A stretch of DNA of 64,000 nucleotides, taken from NCBI GenBank assembly GCA_964199315.1, contig OZ116699.1:18972001-19036000 (forward strand), read 5' to 3'. The position numbers were made by a program, and so were the translations under genes. Positions 1-13,500 of the stretch are shown here, piece by piece; within the stretch, counting starts at the first letter, position 1; each line of letters starts with the position of its first letter. This DNA comes from Orbicella franksi (lineage: Eukaryota). Below the pieces are notes generated by a model. The model had not been told where the DNA came from. It saw only the letters and a list, made by a program, of their open reading frames with translations, and made no database searches.

Positions 1-321
1 CCTAAGAGTTACCAAGATCCTGCTTTGTGGGCGTGGCTTCAAATTCTTCTCACCCCTTCGAGGCACCAATTCTGAAACAATTCATTTACTGACACTCATA
101 ATTTTCAATAACGATAAAGACGATGCTTTGAATACCTTCTATCGCGTAAAGTTGATTGTCAAATAAATTATCTCCTATAATATTTTTTCTGCTCAATACC
201 CTAAAAGGTACTGCTATGGACCTTTTGAGGCTGAACACCCTGAGAGGTACCAAAACCGCTTTTTCAACCCCTAAAGGTGCGACGAGCATCCCTGTCCTTT
301 TTATATGAAGCCTCCCCCTGG
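1..321. repeat. Interspersed repeat fragment (MITE-like, truncated by the window start)
   Basis: Repeated CCCTAAAAGGTAC/CCCTGAGAGGTACC-type modules resembling an abundant coral non-autonomous family (recognition from memory). Confidence 0.45.
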
Positions 322-1329
322 AGTTCAAACTCTTTGCACGGGTATCGGTGAATCTGTTGTAGAACACGGCAAGGATCCAGCATAAAAGGAGCAATTTTAT
401 AGGTTAGCACGTTTAGATTACCAAATGTTTCAGGCTCTATAAGAATTGCGCACAACAACTTACTTACACGTGCGTGTTTCTGGCCTGTCTACTGGGCTTT
501 CTCTTGCGCTGTATTTTCGTAAAATTTGGAAAAGGTCATAACAACAAAGGCGTGTGTCAGACAAACAGTTTTCTGACTAATCTTTATAACTTCGGGGACA
601 CAATCAAATTCACTGATACTTCCATGCTGGGAAAGACTCCTCTTTCTCTTCTCGTTGCATGATTTTCCAACTGAGATATTCCAAGTTAAGCTTTAAAGTT
701 GAATCGACTTAGTTGTTCATTTACATTTCATATAATAGTACTAAATTATCACGTTAAAGAAGATCACCAGAGTTCTTATCCTCGGCTTGTAAACTTTCTC
801 TTCTCAGTGTCCCTAAGCAATAGCTTATCCTGAAGCACTCTCGCACTTAAAAAAAAATACTTTATAAAAGTCGGCTGGACAGAAATCATGCTATGGATTC
901 CGCAATCAATTCTTATGTTTTGATCGTGAATTTCTACCAGTCACACTCGTCGAAGCTAATTTTAAGGTAAATTTTGCACATGACGGAATCAGCTAAAAAA
1001 ATATTTGTTGCTAACCACCGCTAACGTGGTAAATTCGAAAACAAATTCCTAGTCCACATAGAAATTAGCCCGCAATGCGCCGCTGGTCTTCCCGCTAACT
1101 TCCCCTCCGACCGGGCACGAGGGAGCAACGGAAACCAAACCCATTGTACGACTGGGAGAGGCAAAATCACGTTCGCATTTTGGATTTTAATTTCTCCAAG
1201 ATAATCCTCATTTATCTTTATAGCATAGCTGTGGTCGTGACTCTCTTTGCTAATTGTAACAAGCTTTGCAAGATCCCCGGCCGTACACACGTGCTTCAGT
1301 AGTCTTTAATACTTCAATGATTATGTTCA

Positions 1330-2075
1330 GGAAATAAATAGAACGCCACTGGGATGATCACTCTTCTGCCGGTGCTGTGCGAAGGGTAATACAACTAGTC
1401 AACAGCGTAACACAAAGTATACCATGGGGTTCCACGGCAATATTTCAGAGATGGTTTTGATCACAAGGAGCTACAAGGAGAACCATTGTTAGCCCGCACT
1501 GGAATGCATTCCTAATCAGCCGTCTCTCTTATGGCTATGGACGATGAGAGGCGACTGCCGTCGTGTTGTCTATTATACATTATGGATATCAATACAACAA
1601 AAGTAAAGTGATCTTAGAACTTACCATTATCCTTGTCGGATACTTGACGAAGGAAGCCTCATCTGGCATCAATTTTACGATGTTCCACTCAGGAATACAA
1701 AGCGGCATCAAGCAGTTGAAGCACTGTTGTTTTGACGCAAACGTTTTGAGCGCGCTTTCTATCAACTGGAATACTCGTATGTCCCACCGACTTGGTGTGA
1801 AATACCGGTTTATCCCGGGAGATCAGCCACGCATTCGGCCCTTTGCTCTTTGATTATTGGCGGTATAATTCACCGTGCCGCCATAAGTGTGGACCAATGC
1901 ACTCTAAAAAAACTTCGGCTGTTTTGGTCAAAGCTGAACGGCTTCGCTCTAATAAGTGAATAACACAGTCCTCCATATAACGATCACAGTCTCTGTTTCT
2001 TTTCCTTTCAGCAGTAAGCCTTCCTGTTGTAATTTTAATACAGATTAAGTCTAACCGAGAAGGATTTTGAACCAT
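1330..2075 (-). pseudogene. Possible decayed protein-coding gene of unknown family
   Basis: One frame runs 2075-1625 (150 codons) with only 3 stops and ends at a consensus donor G|GTAAGT. A second protein-like segment KYCRGTPWYTLCYAVD*LYYPS...VIIPVAFYLFPE lies downstream. Product not recognised. Confidence 0.3.
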
Positions 2076-4442
2076 GATATTTCTGGCAAAATCTCGAAAA
2101 TTAAATCATCCTGTTGGTTATGCGTGATTATGCCTGCGGCAACTAAGAGGATAAATTCACAACTTCCTGGTTGTCTCTTTCCGACAATAGAACGTGTGAC
2201 ATGATGAACTCTTTAAACAGATGTCAGATTATCCCAATGTTCCACGACCAAAACTCACTCTCATATATTTGCATAGTGACCATTGTTATGCATAGATTGA
2301 ACAGTCATTTATTCTTCAGTTTCCCACCATACTCGCGCGGTTTCATTTATATCCTGTTCAGACCTAATCTGTTCTATAGCCTGCGTGCAGACGTGATATA
2401 GCAGACGTCTGCACCCAGGTTATCTGTTCCATAACTTTGATTGTCTTGTGAGAATAAAGAGTTTCATAATGAGGACAGTAAAACAAATGCTGATCAAGTC
2501 CCGTATCCAATCTCATCTTGGGTGGTCAAACTACATTTATATGACCTTTTAAAAATTGTAAAACTGCACTGCGGAGAGAGAGTGGGAGTATTAATGTTCT
2601 TCAACAACCTCACCATGCAGAAAGGGAACAGGTCGCACGCGTCAATTTCGGAGAGACCAAAGGAATTTGGCAAGGAAAATGTTCGTCTCACAAAGCGCAG
2701 ATTTCTCAATCAAAAACCACTTCTTGCCGAAAAGCTCACATCAACACCATGTGTGTCTTGACAGACAACTAGCTAATTGCGCGCCTTGCATGTGAAAGTC
2801 CCCGTTTCCACAAAAGAAAACAATTTGTCGCAACAGATGCATTGTATTAAATTGAATAAATTGTTCGGTTGTTCATTCAGAACTACATTCAAAGCGTAAT
2901 GGCTTTTGCTTTTAAAGGTCTCCCAGCCCTATAACCCGTTTGGGAAAGAGGAACTGTGTATAAAGACTTTTCGTTTGACTTCATCCAAATAATGGCGAAA
3001 GGGAAGGGGAAGTCGGTATCTCACAGAAGACCTGAGCGTAGAGAAAAGAGCCTAGACTTAAGGTGGGACTATCGGAATCTCAAGGATAACCCTACCGAAA
3101 ACTCCAGTTTGTACTTCATCCTGGCAGAGGACAAAGATGCTCTCAGTAACAACTAGTTATCCCACTCTTAGATATGTTTAATATAATGAGACATACTTTT
3201 GTGATAATACCGGCGACTCATTTTGTTTTTCCAAAGACAAGATTTAGTTTGGAGCACATATAGCATTCAACTACCTTTACCGGTATAATTCTGACATGTT
3301 ACAAGGCTTCAGGTATCAAGTGTGTAAAAACAAGAGCGCTTTAGCACCGGAAATTGCAGTTGAAAAGGTTACAGATAACAAGGCTCAGGAGAAACCTAAT
3401 TGATTAAGAGGCTGTTTGGACGTTTTTGCATAAACACGAAGTGAGAGAAATCACCGTGAGAATTTTCAAACCGCTCTGCGTTAGTCATCAGTCGAAACAA
3501 GATCCTGCTTAATCCCGTAAATAATTGCAAAACAACTTGCCAAATCGATCCAAAGCTTCTAGTTCTGTTTTTAATTTAAACTATCCTTTTAGATACTTAT
3601 TTCATTAACATCTGTTAAATTATTCAGAAAAGCACCCGGCACGTTGCTTCAGGCATGTTTTGCCCGCATTTTCTCGCCGCCACGTGAGAAAAATCGAGAC
3701 GGGATGTTTTTGATCAAGATCGATTTTTTTTTCCGGAGGACCAAATCGAACCCGGGTCCATAAAGAAAAAGGGAAATGTGTGGGTGCGTAAACGGTTTGT
3801 AAATCAGACTTAAATAAATCCTTTTTCCCTGTCATTTTTGTTTTTTAAACTGGAAGAATAAGCTTTGTATAGTCAAGTGCTCTTACTTAATAATGCAAGA
3901 CGATCAACTGTATAATCTTGTTTGTTTGAGAAGTACTGTTTGAGTGGTGAAGAAGTAGTGTTCCGGCTCGCCTTTTTTATGATGGAAAGTTCGTTACACG
4001 CAGATCAGTTATCATGATTGCGGCGATAAAATGAGCAAAAATTATTTCGTAATTAAAGAGTCATTTGAATCTTCAGCTGAGCATACAATTATATTACAGT
4101 TTTAAACCTTTGTGAACGTTCGTTTGTGGTACGACAAAAACAAATATTTTCTTTCCTGTAAATCCTTCATTTCAAACTTTACCACATAATCCGGGTTATT
4201 CTTTCTTTGGTTTTAAACTTTTGTATTTTTGGAACGCCGCCCTCGAAATTTATCCTTAGAAAAACAATTTGTCATACTGCCTAAACAATGGAGACTTTTC
4301 TCTCACTTCAGGGGTTAAACGTAACAGGACACCGTTAATAAAATCCCACTGCTATCGCTTCTCATCTGCAAGCTTCTCATTTACACTCGATACGGTGATA
4401 AAATGTCGGCAATACCTCCCACTTACGACCTGCAACGAGTAG

Positions 4443-4450
4443 TATAAAAG
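4443..4450 (+). promoter_or_regulatory. TATA box of the FGF gene (TATAAAAG)
   Basis: Consensus TATAAAAG 50 nt upstream of ATG 4493 and 98 nt upstream of ATG 4541. Confidence 0.7.
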
Positions 4451-4540
4451 CGGGCAATTTGTAGAGACCTCGTTGATTCATCTTCACATCGGATGTCTTT
4501 GCAAGCTTCTAGTCTGGTTTGTACTCTCTGCTACTTTGCG

Positions 4541-7500
4541 ATGAAGGCAAGCCTGTCAACCTTGGGTATTTGTGGTCTTATTTTAATCCTGTAAGTCTTG
4601 ACAATTTGAAAACGTCCTGTTTCAGATAACCAGTCACACGTGTGTTACTAATTCTTTCAGTCTAAGCTGATAAAAATCTCCATATCTCTTTCAGCCTTCC
4701 AGAAACGTTAAGCACCAGTCCTGCGGCTAATAGCCGGAGCTGGAAAACTAGAAGCGGAGAATCGCTACCTTGTCCTACAAACAAGTCCATTCCGGTACGT
4801 AAGACACACTGATCAACACCTTCACTTACGCACGATAAGATCTTTAACGAACCTTTCTTTTTCCATTCGTTATTCCAGATTTACGAGAGAAACATGTGCA
4901 ATTTTGTTGAGAGTCAAAAAAACCAAACGGACAACAACAATCATCCTGTGAAAAGAACTGTTCAACTCTTTTCGAGAGCTTCAAAACTCCACGTTCAAAT
5001 CATGAAAACGGAGCTGGACGCTCGCGGTCGAGACGGCTCAGGATTCGGTAAGAGCATTGGAAGTTAACTCCTTTTATGATCAATGATTCGTTTATGATTG
5101 GTAGTTGCGAATTAAGGTTCCTATTAATGGCCATTCATAGTTTGTATTTTAAATAATTTAAACTCGCATTGTTTTCTTATTCTATCAGTGATTTCTTTGG
5201 GGTATCATAAGTTGGCGGATGCTTTCAGAGAAAACATTTATATTCCAGCTAAACTAGAGCAATTTACTTGAGTGACATTAAGTTTCTCGACGTCATAGGC
5301 GTAAGACACGTTTGTGTTACCTTCAATCATTTTGTTCTCCTTTGTCGACGTTTCTTTATTACATTATGATAAATATCGTGGTAACCGCATTTCGTGATTA
5401 GTGCAAATGTTGAGGGTCATCTGGGTACCACATGGAAAAGCTTCCTTGGAAGCCATGCGCTCACGAAAGCTGAAAATGTGCTTTGCTGTGAGCTTCAAGT
5501 ACGTTTTGTTCTTTAACAAGGATATTAAAAAAACAGTATCGTCACAAAGAACGGATTCTGCGGCTTGTTCCATTCAATTACGGGTCACGTTTCTTCAAGT
5601 AAGTGCGAAAATGTGCCGCTATTGTTTACAAAGTAAAGCGAATAACCGGCGTCTCTCAGCATGTGCATCTTCTTCCGTCAACAAAGCAGCACAGAAAGTG
5701 AGAGAAAAACAGCTAGTTCAAAAGCCTCTTTCCAGAAAAGTAAAAAGGAAGACGTGATGATTTTTCCTATTCGATTAAATTTTGCCGGTTTTAGGGCTGG
5801 GTCGTTACGCCACAGGGATCGGAACCAACTGGACCCCACATGTTTCAGTTTTCCTCTCGGTCTCTTCTCTTAGAGTGGGACGTTTCGCGTGAATGCGGTG
5901 CCTGTCTCTTTTGAAATTGTCGTCTAATGATTCGTGAGTTGTGGTTTTTGCATTGTTTCTTCAAATACGTTATCCAAACTGATGTCTTGCCAGATGGCGT
6001 GATGATGCTAGATGATAGAATCATAGAATCTTGAGAAAGGTTATCGTGACGTTTGCCTTTGTCCTTTCTGCAACAGGAAAGATCTTCAACAAAACAGAAA
6101 GCCATTTTCATTTAGTCAGTACCGCCAGGGGTAGAAAAATACCAATCTATCGACAGCGACGAAAAAGAAATCTAAAGCCACGAAGCAAAATAAATTTCAA
6201 GCCACAAAGCTCTCTTCATCAAGTAGTGTAATTTAGTGTAAACTGTTTTGGCTGATACCCCGGAGCGAACGGTTAATTATTTCTGCTTTCTCACCGGTAT
6301 ATAACTGTATGCGTCCGAAAAAACGTAGTTTGGGAAACGATGTTGTTCAAGATCTTTTGTCACATGTAGCCAGTAACTGTGTTTTCGTCTGAGGCGTTTT
6401 TCTCTATATTAAGCACTGATATCACTGTTTATTCAGCTAGCCTGTACTAATAGCCTGACAAAACGGATCGTAGGGTGCAATCATTTTTGCGGGTTCAGTT
6501 GACATTATAAATTCTTTTGTAATGGATATCGTTTTGTCCAACAAATCATGAGCGTTCTCAGCTTAATTCATCTTGAACGTTGACATTATTTTCTCAGTTG
6601 TTCGGTGTTGGGAGTTTTGTTGAGTATCCGCGCGACCACTGCACTGTTTCACCTGTTTCGCTTCTGTGATCATTTAGAGAAAGCTTATGACTTGCGATTT
6701 TGCAGCTGCCTCTCGCTTTGAGTCAAAAACAAGGTCATATTTTTCATTGACTAATTTTGTCCGGAAGCGGAGCGAATCTCTTATTAAGTAAACTAATAGG
6801 AGTGATGTGCTAAGGAGGAAAGAATGATCAAATTAATTCCTTCTACTATTACACACAGTGGACTTTAACAGTTCCTCTGACTTCAGTAGATTCAAACTTA
6901 AAACAAAGAAAATCATCTCAAGTTTACTATTATTATTGGCGAGGATAAGAATAAAAAAAAAAAAGCAAAACAAACAATACCAACCACTCCGTTTCAAACT
7001 GTTTACAGGGCATGTCTGATCATGACGTAGAGGGATAGGGACAGGGGGAAGAGGGCGGGAAGGAACAAAAATAACCTGCCCTGCCCTATATGGCCTATTG
7101 GTGATACCGTTACTCAACCTCGTTCCCAGGTCTCTCATCTTACCGCCCCCTGGAGTGAGCGAAGAGAGACCCTGGTTGGGTCTGGTCACGTGCCACTTTG
7201 ACAATTAAGAACATCAGGGAGGGGTCCTCTGTAATCAGCAATTTGTCACGTTGAGCTTTGTCGAATTCGAAGTATCGCGCTGCGACTGCCATTACCCGCG
7301 GCGTTTATTAATACTTAGCTTTCAGGCTGAAATTTCGAATAATATCTATTCCAACGTTTACCTAAAGGTTAAGCAAGTCTGTCTCGAGGCAATTTAGTGG
7401 TCTTGATTTTCAGTGTTGCCGTCTTACCCACTGGATTTATGGAAAGTCAGTCATTTCAACTGTGGACGTGGAGCAGCGCAATTTCATCCCGGAGTAATTG

Positions 7501-10500
7501 TTGTTTCTTCTTTGAATGCACTTGATCAAATTGATGTTCAAGGAATATTTTAATCTTTGTCCCTGGAGAGCCAATACTTAGAGCCTTAAAACATATCTTG
7601 CAATAGAAACGAACCTAAACAAAGTATAAGCACGGCATGGCAAATTTATACAGAGGTGTCACTCTGAGAAGTGACGTGCAGTTTACAGCGGAAACCATGC
7701 AGACCTGCGATCTCTAAAAATATGCTGTAACATAATCAAACGACTCCACTCTACTTATAATTTCCATTTCTTCTAATAACACAGCATAAAAAGTGCCCCT
7801 CAGAAACACGCGTGAAGTAAAGAAAGGTCGAAAGATCGAAAATTAAATGACAATGTGCACAATTGTCACGAACCGTTGGAGTCACGTACACTAATTTATT
7901 AACGACACAATAAAAATTTTCTTTTTCTTTTTCTTCTTCTAGCCTCCTTTCGGTCGAAGATAAATCCAGTTTATCAGCAACGACGGCGAAATGCATACCG
8001 CGACGAGTTCGTTGTATTATCCTTCGCGCTCTGCAAAGTTCGGGGCGTCGACGGCGCGGTGAAACTTCAATAGATCTTTTCAACCTTTGACGCTCCTTTC
8101 GAAGTGACCTTAACTTTCAGAGATCAATTAAAAGGCCCTGAATTCTCTAGAATTATTTAATCGCCGCTCACAAGACCTGCACTTCATTCTGAGGTAAAGC
8201 TGAGTCAAAGATCTTCCATACACAGCCTCGGTCGCGGTGTGTAATTCTCCATTCGCCTTCTTGAAGAGATTTTTACAATATGTAACGTCCTTCACTGAAC
8301 CATAGAGCCTTCAGCGACTTGGATTTCCGCTATTAGATGATGGATAAGTTTTCCTCGACGTTTGCAGAATACTACCGCCGGACATTGCCGCAGAACATAT
8401 CGTTCTTGGTTTACTTTGGTGACAACACATCCCGCACTCCCGTGGGCTAAGTATAGACAAAATTCCTACTAGGCCGCCCATCCCTTCAATAATTTAATTG
8501 TCATCTCCCAGATTCTGGGAGACACGTGACCAGACCCAACCAGGGTCTCTCTTCGCTCGCTCCAGGGGGCGGTAAGATGAGAGACCCTGGGAACGAGGTT
8601 GACCGTTACTCTCCATTATCGTTATTCTCTCTCTCTATTTCTGTTTTCACTCTCACGCCTGACTTTTCTATGCTGTGCAAGCAAAGCACTCACTGAACGT
8701 GAGTGGAAGAATTTCCAGCTTTATTACAAACAACCGTGTAACTCAGTGAAAAACGCAGCGGGTTCAAGATCAAATTAGTTCTCAGAAAAGTTATTTTATT
8801 CTGAAGATGAGGATACGGGGAATTTTGCATTTTTTTTTGTATTATTTCCACTATCCGCAAGGAACATTTTCCATTGATCTGCCACATTATCAAATTAAAA
8901 AGGAAAAAAAGCTGTTGTAATTCCAGTTCCACGCGACGAGGTATTCTGCAAATCACAAAAAGTCACCTATCGGTAAATAATTTGAATTCAAGGGGAAAAC
9001 CGATGTATTTTTTAGTATTTCTTTTTGATGAAAACAAATTCAGTAATGGATTTGCCTCAGCATAGCTTTTCTTTCAAACTTGACCGTATGTTACGTTCCA
9101 CCAAATGGACCACCGAGTTTGGTCTGTACAATTTGAAAAATAAACAATGGCGGGTATCTTCTCGGCATGAATTAGTATTTCCCTGAAACATTGCATGTTG
9201 ATCAGATTTTCAGACAGTTTTTCGCTGACGGGAACTCATGATAAGCTCGGACACATATATGTCGCCAGGCTGGTCCGCTCGATTTTTATCAAGGGAGCAG
9301 ATTTAACCTATGCAGCTGAAGAAACCTTCGTTAGGTTGTTTTTGCTTCTGCCATCTGGTATACAACTGAAAGTTGTCGTACTTATAAACCCGCCCCAGGT
9401 GGAGCAACTCAGCAAAGTTTTATACAGTTAGGCTCTGCCAAACCGTTACACAGTTATATGCCATTTTGTCCGTAAGGTAGCCCTGTCGAATAGATCCCAC
9501 ATCATGGTAACCGTTTTAAATATTTACAATAACAGCACTACATCCTTTTTCTATATCCTTGTTTGACACAATTTGAAAGGCCCTTTTAATCAATAGCGCC
9601 TAAATTGAATAACAGTTTTTCCTATCCTTTTTTAACCTTCAAATTCCCATCCATTCCCCTATAAAACCCCAGGCTGAGAAAGATACTCTTTCGGTTGAAA
9701 CCTCCCTAATTAGTCCATCAGAGGGAGTAATCCTCCTCGCAGCTACATTCCTTGATTCCCAGTGCTTTCATAGTTTGGCCCAGAAAACAATTTTGGATTT
9801 AAGGTAATTCCCCTGAAATAAAACTGCACATAGATTTTTATTCAAACTTTGTCCAATGAATATTTATCATATGAGAACTTAAATTATAAAATAAAAAAGG
9901 GGGATGCCCATGCTCGTTAAGAACCAGTAAGGCATTGAAAATGTCCCATTTTAGAGTTATTTAATGCTTTTTACAAGAACGCATTCCAAGTTATTGTAAA
10001 CTCTTTGTGAGCCAAGACTCATGAAAACACGCCTCAAACTACAGTCAATACTTGTGTCGGAGACAAATAAACTTTTTAAGTTTGATTTTGACAGACAGCA
10101 ATATCCTTGTTAAAATATTGGAACCAAACTGCTTGCCACGGCTATCAAACTGCAAAATAGAAAAGACTACAGTACAGCTGCTAGTTTCCTTATTTATTCA
10201 ATTTTCAACAACAGAAATCCGATCAGTCTTTTCTCCTGCAAAGCTAATGATTAGTTGATTAAAATGACTGGAAAAAAATTGCGGGTGCCCGAGCTCGATC
10301 GTGAGCTATAGCCATTTTTCAACTAACAGAACTCAATATCAAGGCAAATCCGCCATGTTTTCAATGTGCGCGTGCACGAACGCGCACTAATGACGCCATA
10401 AATTATGCGCAGTAAGGATGTGCAATGCAATACAGGGGAATGACCTTAATCGCAGCGTTAGACCTGTAGACCCTAGATCTAGATCGTGTCAATTATGAAT

Positions 10501-13500
10501 CCCTCTTCACCCAGGATCGATGGCTTCCGACAAATTTTTGAAAATGCTATGAGGAAGTGTGAGATTCCATGCCAAGGAAGTCTGAGAAAGTTCTATTTGA
10601 GGAGTAGCAAATGGTGATACCTAGTGTGACTTTTTGATACAAAAACCGGCCTAAGTTAAGCACTTTTAGTAGTTTGGGATTTTTAAGCGCAGACTTATAG
10701 ATTCTCATAAATAATTATAGATTCTCGTAAACATACCAGAAGAGGTCAGTCCGGTGCTACCGATTACTTGACCATTGTACCACCGAGAAAAATACTTTCT
10801 TGTACATTATCTTCATAACCAACGAAACAACGGCCGGTTATTTTTTTTTGATTTTTACTGATTCGTAGTAACCATAATTTGTTTTCACTTCCCCCCTCCC
10901 CCCGCTCAAGAAAAAGCTGCTGAAAAAAAGACTTAACGGCCCCATATTACACTATCCACGAAATTATCGCCCGTTAGTTGAATACTACAAATTCACTCTA
11001 ATGTCTTGCTTTATTCCCATCGCTTGTTTATATACGAACTAAATTTCCATTGCAAGACAGCCGTGTGTTTACATGGTTAAGTTTTAAATCACCTGGGGAG
11101 TAGAGGGTTATGAAATAATGCTGTTGGACAGCTCTATTTTTTTTTATAGAAGTATAAGTTTATATAAGTTTAGGTTTGTTTAAATAACATGAACATAATC
11201 TCAATACGTTGTTACTTTTTCATCATCGCTCTTCAGACAGACAGTGTTGGTTCTCGGTTACTTTAGATTCATCTTATATTCTCGTTGTATTTTGATTGCT
11301 GTTTTCATGTTGTATTCCTTTAAAACCACCCTGACATCATCCTGCATTCATTCTGTAGCGAGGCTGGTGTTGGAGTCTGACAACTTTGGTCGAATAAAGA
11401 TTCGAGGAGAGAGTACAAATCGCTATCTCTGCCTGAACAAGAAGGGTGAACTCGTTGCCAGGGTGAGAATTTGGTTTCCCTTAAAGGCCATTTCTTAGTT
11501 TCCTTTTGCCTCTGCGTCCAAACGATTGTCCGTGCAAAAATATCCATACAAAAATGTTTCCCACAGAAACGTCTATTTTTTTTTAGGCTACGCAAACTCA
11601 TATTTGTAGGTCCCGTTTTGAAACAGAGGCGAAGGGTAACTTAGAAATGTGCTATTGTCTCTTCTTATACAGTTCATGCAAGCTCGCGTATTTGGTATCA
11701 CTGAAAACCCTGGCTTGCAATACATAGTGTGACAAATGTTCAGTCACTGTCGAAGGCTGAAGCTTCTCGTTTGTCCAGCCATGCTTTCTCTCTTTGCTCG
11801 AACTGCCCTGGCGCGACTATCTAAAGAGAGACTAGAGTGCGGACACACCCACAAGAGTTGTTCGTTACATGAGGATTACGCTGAACAATTTGTGATTACC
11901 ATGCATTTTGTGGAGGCGCGGTGGCCACATCGTTAATGCACTCGACTCCGGATCGAGCGGTCCAGGTTCGAGCCCCGGGGCCTGTTTCTTGAAAGTCCCG
12001 GAAACTTTTCGGGCCCGCAAAGCCATTTTTAATTCATATGTATCTAAAATAGAAAGGTGTATACGCCTGAAACATCTTGTATGAAGGAAACTTCTGGTCA
12101 TATTAAGAATATGTAAATAAACAGTTATGTAATCATAAGGTTTGAGATTTTGCTACGGCTTTCCGGGTGCGAAAGCTTTTCGGGACGATCGAGAAACGGG
12201 CCCCTGGCCGGAGGACATTGTTTTGTGTTCTTGGCAAGACACTTAATTCTTACAGTGCCTCTCCCCACTCAGGTGTACAAATGGGTACCGGCGAATTTAT
12301 GATCACTGCTGAGGGTTTTGATGAATGGAACTTGCCGTGATGAGCTTGTCTCTCAGTAGCTGAAATAAAGCTACCGTATTGCTGCTCTCATGGGTGGCGC
12401 GGTGGCCTCATGGTTAGTGCGCTCGTCTCCGGTCAAGCGGTCTGGGTTCGAACCCTGGCCAGGGACATTGTGTTTTGTTCTTGGGCAAGACACTTTACTC
12501 TCACAGTGCCTCTCTCCATCCAGGTGTATAAATGGGTACCAGTGAACTTAATGCCGAGGGTAACCCTGAGATGGACTAGCATCCAATCCGGCGGGAGTAG
12601 AAATACTCCTAGTCGCTTCATGCTACAGAAACTGGGATAAGCCCGGGCCTGATGGGCCACTTAGCTCGTATCCATGCTTTACCTTTTATTGCTGCTCTCA
12701 TGAAATGTAAATGCATGCGAGCATGACTTCGATTGGCTATCAAGCGTCTTTCACCACTAAAAGATTTCAACGCCTCCTTGCCGGTCATGGCTGCTTCTTT
12801 TGATCGACTCTATAAGGTCTTTTATTGGAGATTTCGCCATTTGACAAATGTAACGTCTTATGCATGTGTAAATTTTCTCGTTATACAAGAAACACACTAT
12901 TAGCTAAACATCTTTAAACATTTCTATTTTTTAACCTGTTTATACAGACCAGAGTGGTGTATAAAAACAATCCCTTTTCATTTTTAAAAGATGTGAAATA
13001 AGGCGGCTCGGGTGAACAAGCCTTTCACTACAGGGGTGGGCCCATCAAAAAATTACAAAGGTTCGAATTTAATTTGTTAAATAGATACTGCATATCAATG
13101 CAATCTCAAAGCTGCTTTTTAATTAAGTTTTGTTCACTGTTATGCTGTTCAATATGCATCAGTATTTAAGTGAACAAGACTTAAGGCTCACTTAAGCAGG
13201 TTAAATGCTGCGAACAGGTACGAAATACATCGAGCGTTCTTCCCCAGTTGGATAACTCGAGAATGATAGCAGATTGTACCAGGTGTAGCAGATAAGTGGA
13301 TCCCCGCCTTACGGACACCACATAGATACGGCCACCTCATTATTCTGGTCACTCTATTCTGGTCCGAACAAAAGCTCAGTCAGTCATTTTCTTATTTAAC
13401 GAACCCCTTTAATACGGCCATCTCGCTAAGACGACCGGATTTTTGTGGCCCGTTGATGACCGTTAGTGACTGAGGATCCACTGTATTTAGAAATGTTAGC

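Noticed and set aside
12410-12660. Similar ORFs at 12410-12660 and 18326-18644 suggesting a duplicated small gene or a tRNA
   Set aside because: They are readings of SINE copies; only the tRNA-derived head is present, with no complete cloverleaf.
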